From a virus (lineage: Duplodnaviria; Caudoviricetes), in the IMG/VR virus record IMGVR_UViG_3300021090_000017, positions 2,053 through 66,052 of that record: a stretch of 64,000 nt of DNA; one strand, given 5' to 3'. The notes under the pieces are model-generated. The model did not search any database, had not been told where the DNA came from, and saw only the letters and a program-made list of their open reading frames with translations. Below are positions 58,554 to 64,000 of the stretch, one piece after another. Every line of letters starts with the position of its first letter. Positions within the stretch are counted from its first letter, which is position 1. The translations under genes were made by a program, and so were the position numbers.

Positions 58554-59363
58554 TTAGCCCTTTTTTTTTATTTCCATTAATTCTTTTTCTACATTTTTTT
58601 TAATATCATTTATAGATAAATTCTTATTTTCTTTATATGATAATAATTTATGTATTCTTTCACCTCTAGTAGGATGACTTGAGAATAATTTATTTAAACC
58701 TAATAATATTATTTCTAACTTATCCATCTCTGTATTATTCTTTTTAGTATTTTCTTTTCTTTTTCTATTCCTATATTCAGTAATTTTATGTAAAGCAGAT
58801 ATCGAGGGTTTACCATATCCATAGTTAGATGCAAATTTATCTGCTTTATATTCATAATGTCTTTTATATATAGGGAAAGCAAATAAGTATACCCATATAA
58901 TAAATGCAGCAGGTAATAACCAAACAAATCTTTTTTGTTCTTTTAATTTAATAGTATAATTAACTCCAGATAAAGATATTATATAAATAAGTTTCTCTAA
59001 AATATTTTGTTTATAAATATCCAAACTTTTAACATGACTTATTTCATGTAACAATATAGCAATTCTTTCATCTTCATTAAATAAATCATGTAATTTTTTA
59101 CTTATAAATACAGTATCACCACCAACAGCAAAAGCATTCAATTCATCAACATTCTTTAAAACTATAACCTTATATTTATTATTAGTATTTAATACACTAT
59201 TTACCTTATTAGATAATTCAATATCAACAGTATTAGAATTAATCATATGTTTATAAGAGTATATAGTATTAGCTAATGTCCATCCTAAACTAACTAAAGA
59301 ATATGTAGCAAGTAAACCTAAATTATTGGATTCATTCTTAAATTTTGACTTAGGTATATTCAT
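58554..59363 (-). CDS. M48/HtpX-like zinc metallopeptidase (paralog of 44682..45509)
   Basis: LNAFA, AILLHEISH, YEYKAD, SSHP..ERI; shared WLLPA..IxWxYLFA. Confidence 0.82.
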   Translation of the reverse strand: MNIPKSKFKNESNNLGLLATYSLVSLGWTLANTIYSYKHMINSNTVDIELSNKVNSVLNTNNKYKVIVLKNVDELNAFAVGGDTVFISKKLHDLFNEDERIAILLHEISHVKSLDIYKQNILEKLIYIISLSGVNYTIKLKEQKRFVWLLPAAFIIWVYLFAFPIYKRHYEYKADKFASNYGYGKPSISALHKITEYRNRKRKENTKKNNTEMDKLEIILLGLNKLFSSHPTRGERIHKLLSYKENKNLSINDIKKNVEKELMEIKKKG

Positions 59364-59439
59364 ATGATATTTAATAACTCCTATATAATTTTAAATATTT
59401 GTTCATAAAATTTTTAGGCAACCAGGAAAACAAGATATG

Positions 59440-59790
59440 TACTAATTTATATAGGGTTTGTTATAATAGATAGTATAATAGATTAATTAAATATAATAAG
59501 ATAGTTGGATAGATAATATTTAATTCTTTAATACATATATTAAGTTTTGTATATAAAATCAAATTTAGTGGTTGGTGAGTATGACACGATACTCTCAAAC
59601 GACCATGGAGCTGACAATTTATAATATCTATCTAAGTATCTATCTAACTATCTTATTAATGACCCAACACACGTACCCCGATATGGTACCACCACCTACC
59701 ACTAACCTACTAACCTTTATATTATATAATTAATATTAAACTACTAACCATTATACCAATTATTATACCATATATTATAAATAATACTAT
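59440..59790. other. Non-coding region with interleaved inverted repeats
   Basis: 22-bp IR 59494-59515/59637-59658 (1 mismatch); 13-bp IR 59565-59577/59693-59705 (1 mismatch); short tandem repeats. Confidence 0.5.
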
Positions 59791-60247
59791 TAATACTATA
59801 TATATTAATTATTGAATAAAAGATATTATTAATATAATCCTATACAAAAAGGTATAATTAAATGATTAAAATGTTTTTGGAAATGGTGTTAGTGATAGGT
59901 ATTATATCCTTATTGGGAATGGGCTCAATATGGGTATACTTTAAAAAATATTCTAAGGAGGTATAGTAATGTTGTTAATAATGATTGGTGCGTGGGTTGC
60001 AACTCTTATGGGATTGATATTCTTCGTAGGAATATTTGGGTTAGCAGTAATATCAATCGTAAGAGAAATATTCAGGTATGCCTTTGGTATTATCAAAGTC
60101 GGAGAAGTGTAGTAGAGATCTGTTCAAAATCATCATTAACAAATAAGATCTCTATATATATTATTTAATAAGCAGAATTAATCATTTCACCATACTATCT
60201 AAGTTATTCTTATGGGAAGTGATCTGCAATCCTTAAAGGAGGATACA

Positions 60248-60490
60248 ATGGCAATCGATACGGAAGGCAAAGTCAAAGGGGCAAAAGATCTCAAGAAGAA
60301 CAACAAGGACAACAAGACCGAAACCCACAAGAAGGTTGTAATGGGGACATCGTGGTTCAGCTGGAAGAAGCTCGCCATCGTTGGCGGGGCAATTGCAGCT
60401 GTCGGAGCTGGCATCCTGATCGGCCGGCGCAATGCATCCCATGTTGGTGATGCGGTCGCCAAGTCCATCAACGAGATGGCAAAGTTGTAA
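60248..60490 (+). CDS. Small basic membrane-anchored protein with GC-rich codons
   Basis: AAGGAGG RBS before ATG 60248; LAIVGGAIAAVGAGILIG helix. Confidence 0.65.
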   Translation: MAIDTEGKVKGAKDLKKNNKDNKTETHKKVVMGTSWFSWKKLAIVGGAIAAVGAGILIGRRNASHVGDAVAKSINEMAKL

Positions 60491-60694
60491 GTTTCCCATA
60501 GGCTGGCTGGCGCGCGCGTGGTGATACGAATCGCCCTTCTGCGGCCGGCCTGCGTGGGAATAAAAAACTTGTGGGAGGCCAGCAAGATCGCGACTTGCGA
60601 ACAGGCAACTCGGGTTGACGTATGCCTGACACGCCATCGAGCCCCCGCCGCAGTTTCTAGCTCATCATGATCTCGCGATCGAGCTAGTTTTTTT
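60491..60694 (+). ncRNA. Candidate structured RNA ending in a terminator
   Basis: Very GC-rich; ttccca..aggctggctg/cggccggcct..tgggaa, gcaag/cttgc, aggca/tgcct, ctagctc/gagctag + T tract. Confidence 0.5.
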
Positions 60695-60723
60695 CTCAAT
60701 AACTATATAAAAGGAGGAAGTAA

Positions 60724-60942
60724 TTGTCTAACGAAGATAAGGCACTGAAGTTGGTAAAAGGGATAGTATATACAATGAATGCCCTCAATAAAAAGATTGA
60801 ACATTTAAATGAAATTGCAGATGTAAGTATAGCTATTAAAGAAGATGGTTATACAACAAAACATATAAATGTTAACGATGAATTTAAAATTTGTCTTAGT
60901 AATGTTGATGTTAATACAAGAATCCATGAAGGTGAAATCTAA
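60724..60942 (+). CDS. Hypothetical protein
   Basis: AAGGAGG RBS, TTG start. Confidence 0.5.
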   Translation: MSNEDKALKLVKGIVYTMNALNKKIEHLNEIADVSIAIKEDGYTTKHINVNDEFKICLSNVDVNTRIHEGEI

Positions 60943-61193
60943 TGGGTAAAATATCATTACTCGAATTCAGTGCCTTCTGGGTTGAATATTTTAAATATAA
61001 GAAATATCCCAATCAAAGGTTTGGCCAGGCATTTTACAATACTCATGTAAACGATGGTATCCCTAATTCGGATCTGTTCTATACTGAGGATGTTGAAAAA
61101 GCTAAGAATATCATCTTAGATATGTATGTTATAATACCAGAACGGATCCACACTGAGGAATATCATCCTGGTTATACAGATAGTAATAGATAA
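60942..61193 (+). CDS. Hypothetical phage protein
   Basis: QRFGQAFYN..DLFY motif. Confidence 0.55.
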   Translation: MGKISLLEFSAFWVEYFKYKKYPNQRFGQAFYNTHVNDGIPNSDLFYTEDVEKAKNIILDMYVIIPERIHTEEYHPGYTDSNR

Positions 61194-61197
61194 CAAC

Positions 61198-61232
61198 AAA
61201 AAAAGAGAGCTTATATAATACTCTCTTTTTTT
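61198..61232. terminator. Bidirectional terminator
   Basis: aaaaaaagagag / ctctcttttttt between convergent genes. Confidence 0.75.
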
Positions 61233-61492
61233 GAACCTAACCTTATATTAGCCATCCTCTCTATTTTTTTTGCTCCAATTTTTAATACATCTAACCAATC
61301 AAAATTTATAACACCTGCTTTACACCAATAATTAATAGACATGGCTAGAGTATTTTTCTCAATAACTTTAAGTTTATGACATGGATATATTGAGTCACAA
61401 GTAGTTGGGCCAGCATATGTATAATGTGAGCAGTGTATAGTTATAGATCCATCTTCATTATTTCTTAGCATATTTATATCCCCACTTAACAT
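61211..61492 (-). CDS. Family II four-Cys + Trp protein
   Basis: NEDGSITIHCSHY..C..C..C..FDWLDVL. Confidence 0.6.
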   Translation of the reverse strand: MLSGDINMLRNNEDGSITIHCSHYTYAGPTTCDSIYPCHKLKVIEKNTLAMSINYWCKAGVINFDWLDVLKIGAKKIERMANIRLGSKKESII

Positions 61493-61643
61493 AATCTATC
61501 CAATCAAATGTAAGATATCCATTAGTACAAAAACTATTACCTATATCAAATGTACATTCCTTTTTTTCTCTAGAACAATAATTACTATCGCCTCCATTAA
61601 TATATAACTTACATTTGAATTTAAGATCGATATTACTCATCAT
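61458..61643 (-). CDS. Family II four-Cys + Trp protein
   Basis: KFKCK..C..C..C..FDWIDYV. Confidence 0.6.
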   Translation of the reverse strand: MMSNIDLKFKCKLYINGGDSNYCSREKKECTFDIGNSFCTNGYLTFDWIDYVKWGYKYAKK

Positions 61644-61975
61644 CTCTTAACACCTACTGCTAATCTACTACACCAATCCAATTTACCTCTTCCTTTACAA
61701 TTACCACACTCATCAATACCACTAACATACACATTATAATTACTAGCCATTACAAATCCTAACCCACCACAGACAGAACAGATAGTTTCAGTTTCACTAA
61801 GAGGTATACGAGGTTTATAATCCCATGATGAGTTACTAATAGTATGGTCATAACAATATTTATCATATGTAGATTCCATATCAATTTTAATCCTATAATT
61901 AAATGCTTTATCTTTAAGTTTATTAGCCCATCTATTTATCATTTTAACATCTGTCTTGTTATATTTAGGTATCAT
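61640..61975 (-). CDS. Family I Zn-finger protein (no structural cargo seen)
   Basis: CSVCGGLG..CGNCKGRGKLDW. Confidence 0.65.
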   Translation of the reverse strand: MIPKYNKTDVKMINRWANKLKDKAFNYRIKIDMESTYDKYCYDHTISNSSWDYKPRIPLSETETICSVCGGLGFVMASNYNVYVSGIDECGNCKGRGKLDWCSRLAVGVKR

Positions 61976-61985
61976 TCCTTACCCC

Positions 61986-62240
61986 TTAAAGAACTAATTC
62001 ATTTTTAACAATTCTAATATTCTTTTTACCTATCAATATTATATCAGTCCATGTAAATTCTATTCTACCATTATCCCAACATACAAAATTTATATCACCA
62101 CAATTAATTTCACAGTGTGTTGTGCCACTACACCCACCATATGTAGTTGGTTTATAATAACTACAATAGATAACTATAGATCCGTTCTCATCAATGTTTA
62201 TCATATTTATTATACTCAACTTTAGATTTAATCCATTCAA
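61986..62240 (-). CDS. Family II four-Cys + Trp protein
   Basis: DENGSIVIYCSYY..C..C..C..FTWTDII. Confidence 0.6.
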   Translation of the reverse strand: MNGLNLKLSIINMINIDENGSIVIYCSYYKPTTYGGCSGTTHCEINCGDINFVCWDNGRIEFTWTDIILIGKKNIRIVKNELVL

Positions 62241-62439
62241 GTTTTTTAATACCCATAATTAATACATCAACCCACTCATATGTTATTAAACCTTTACTAC
62301 AATATATTGGTAAGTGGTTATCAACCATTCCACATCTAAATAGAGCTTCACATGATACATCATGATTTTTATTAATATGTTTTATATAATGCCCACACAT
62401 AATAAAAATAGATCCGTTCTCATCAGGTTTTAATCCCAA
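62191..62439 (-). CDS. Family II four-Cys + Trp protein
   Basis: DENGSIFIMCGHY..C..C..C..YEWVDVL. Confidence 0.6.
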   Translation of the reverse strand: MGLKPDENGSIFIMCGHYIKHINKNHDVSCEALFRCGMVDNHLPIYCSKGLITYEWVDVLIMGIKKLEWIKSKVEYNKYDKH

Positions 62440-62629
62440 GTACTAACCTCCTACACCAATCTAAGATACCAAGCCCTTTACATGTTCTACATACAATATT
62501 TGAAAGAGTTTTTGTACCAGGTAAATAAATAAGATAAGATCCTTTACCATAACATGTAGAGCATATCAGGTTACCATCAGTTAGTTTGTTATTAATCTGT
62601 TTCATATCATCAATAGCTTTATATTTCAT
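62423..62629 (-). CDS. Family I Zn-finger protein (no structural cargo seen)
   Basis: CSTCYGKG..CRTCKGLGILDW. Confidence 0.65.
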   Translation of the reverse strand: MKYKAIDDMKQINNKLTDGNLICSTCYGKGSYLIYLPGTKTLSNIVCRTCKGLGILDWCRRLVLGIKT

Positions 62630-62813
62630 TTTTCACCTTAATAAGATGTTTTCTATTTATTATAAAATTAGTCCAAGTAACATCAAATTCTTCATTACAA
62701 TACATAAAGTTTTTTCCTAATGTTGTAGAACAGTCGTCCATGAGACAATCTTTTCTTATTCCACTACTAATAAAATGAGAGCATCTTACTTTAATCAACA
62801 TATCTTTATCCAT
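62619..62813 (-). CDS. Family II four-Cys + Trp protein
   Basis: IKVRCSHF..C..C..C..VTWTNFI. Confidence 0.6.
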   Translation of the reverse strand: MDKDMLIKVRCSHFISSGIRKDCLMDDCSTTLGKNFMYCNEEFDVTWTNFIINRKHLIKVKNEI

Positions 62814-63007
62814 TATTTAATCCTATCTAATTTGTCTTTATAAATAAGATAACTAGTCCATGTTGTGGTAAAAGGTTCAGTACATTTACCTCTAAACTCA
62901 ATATCATATACTAAGATCTTTTTACATAAATATTTGTTTATACAAGGACCTTCTGCATCTTTACAAACAACTAAAACTTCACCTTCTAATAATATTTTAT
63001 CTTCCAT
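62813..63007 (-). CDS. Family II protein (tandem duplicate of 63021..63224)
   Basis: LEGEVLVVCKD..PC.N..C..C..PFTTTWTSYL. Confidence 0.62.
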   Translation of the reverse strand: MEDKILLEGEVLVVCKDAEGPCINKYLCKKILVYDIEFRGKCTEPFTTTWTSYLIYKDKLDRIK

Positions 63008-63020
63008 ATTTAATATCTCC

Positions 63021-63224
63021 TTATTTAACCCTATCTAAACAATTTTTATTAATAAGATAGGTGGACCATGTTGTAATAAAAGGAATAGCACAACCTCTAT
63101 TTTGCTCATCATATATCATAAAACTATTACAAACTAAATTATTAACACAAGGAAACTTAATATCTTTACAAACAACTAAAACTTCACCTTCACCTAATAT
63201 TCTATCTTCATCTTCCATATTCAA
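63021..63224 (-). CDS. Family II protein (tandem duplicate of 62813..63007)
   Basis: GEGEVLVVCKD..PC.N..C..C..PFITTWSTYL; shared DNA block tctttacaaacaactaaaacttcaccttc. Confidence 0.62.
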   Translation of the reverse strand: MNMEDEDRILGEGEVLVVCKDIKFPCVNNLVCNSFMIYDEQNRGCAIPFITTWSTYLINKNCLDRVK

Positions 63225-63279
63225 TATCTCCTTATGAATAAAAATAAACTTATCCTCTTATTAAATAATATATATAATA

Positions 63280-63765
63280 ATTAATTATACATAATTGTAT
63301 AGGGGTTTAATGATTCATAATTCAATAATTATATTCAAACCACTAATATTAATTAATAAGTCAGTATGTTATTATTTATACCAAAACCCCTATGGGAACA
63401 TAGATTAATTAGACACTAATTGATATACCAAGACAGATAGTAAGACGATAGTGAGATAGATACTATCTTATAAGTTATAAAAGATATAATAAGTATGGTT
63501 AATAACATTCGTTAACGATCACTTACTTATTAAATATCTCACTATCTATAAACCAGTATAAACCATATCAATTTACTCTTATTTCATTCTTGAGTTAAAC
63601 TATTGATTATATTGTAATATCTATGGTAATTTTAGGTGTATTTATAGTGTCTTTTAATGATATAAATATACTTAATTTTATTAGGTACTTGTTTTAAGGT
63701 ATTGAATTTTCCGTTCATATCTTATACTTAATTTCTTATTGACTAATACAGTATAAACACTATTT
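63280..63765. other. Non-coding region between divergent class I motifs, with inverted repeats
   Basis: ataggggttt/aaacccctat (~63299/~63384); gatagtgagata/tatctcactatc (~63447/~63535). Confidence 0.45.
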
Positions 63766-63840
63766 ATTATATATATTATTTAATAAGATAGGTATCCTAG
63801 TTTAACATTCTTTTTAAAACTATCATGGAGGTGTATTATC

Positions 63841-64000
63841 ATGGGTAGTTTCTTTGATGAATTGGCTGATGTAAAGATTAAAAGTCAATTGATTGAAATG
63901 TATTTGTTTAAGATAAAAGGAATGGATTATGAGAATGCGGTTAGGTTTACGAAAGAGTTGGTCGCTGTTCAGTTGTTATTACCTTTACAAGAGGTAAAGA
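63841..64000 (+). CDS. Hypothetical protein (partial)
   Basis: GGAGG RBS, ATG 63841, open to window end. Confidence 0.5.
   Translation, partial: MGSFFDELADVKIKSQLIEMYLFKIKGMDYENAVRFTKELVAVQLLLPLQEVK

Noticed and set aside
60199-60699. Minus-strand ORFs of 166 and 134 aa
   Set aside because: No RBS or promoter motif; stop-poor because of local GC richness; plus-strand gene has strong RBS
1-64000. Stop-codon reassignment; tRNA/tmRNA genes; CRISPR array
   Set aside because: Core genes are full length in code 11 and some end in TAG/TGA; no cloverleaf with T-loop/CCA or repeat-spacer array recognised by eye (tRNAscan/ARAGORN not run)

Overview
A 64-kb AT-rich segment of a large T4-like (jumbo-type) myovirus genome, standard genetic code. 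The left part (mostly minus strand) holds head-assembly genes (partial gp21-like prohead protease, gp20-like portal, acidic core/scaffold candidates), replication genes (DnaB/gp41-like helicase, family B polymerase with an N-terminal family-4 uracil-DNA glycosylase domain), nucleotide metabolism, GroES, ribosomal protein S21 and a dispersed 7-deazaguanine set (TGT/DpdA-like, QueE, QueC). The middle holds glycosyltransferase/methyltransferase/radical-SAM genes and an actin-like ATPase. The right part is an accessory region of small genes bounded by two recurrent promoter-like motifs and repeated terminators. The most striking signal is a family of small DnaJ-type zinc-finger proteins fused to short, different fragments of the T4-type major capsid (gp23) and tail sheath (gp18) proteins, i.e. 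candidate structural-protein decoys. Also notable: proteins with a T4-like capsid-targeting leader and a C-X3-C-X11-C-X3-C hairpin, two type IV pilin mimics, a T4-style RBS-occluding hairpin on a homing endonuclease and several structured non-coding segments. All assignments come from recognising motifs by eye and from recalled reference sequences; no database search was run. Some short hypothetical ORFs are not listed individually.
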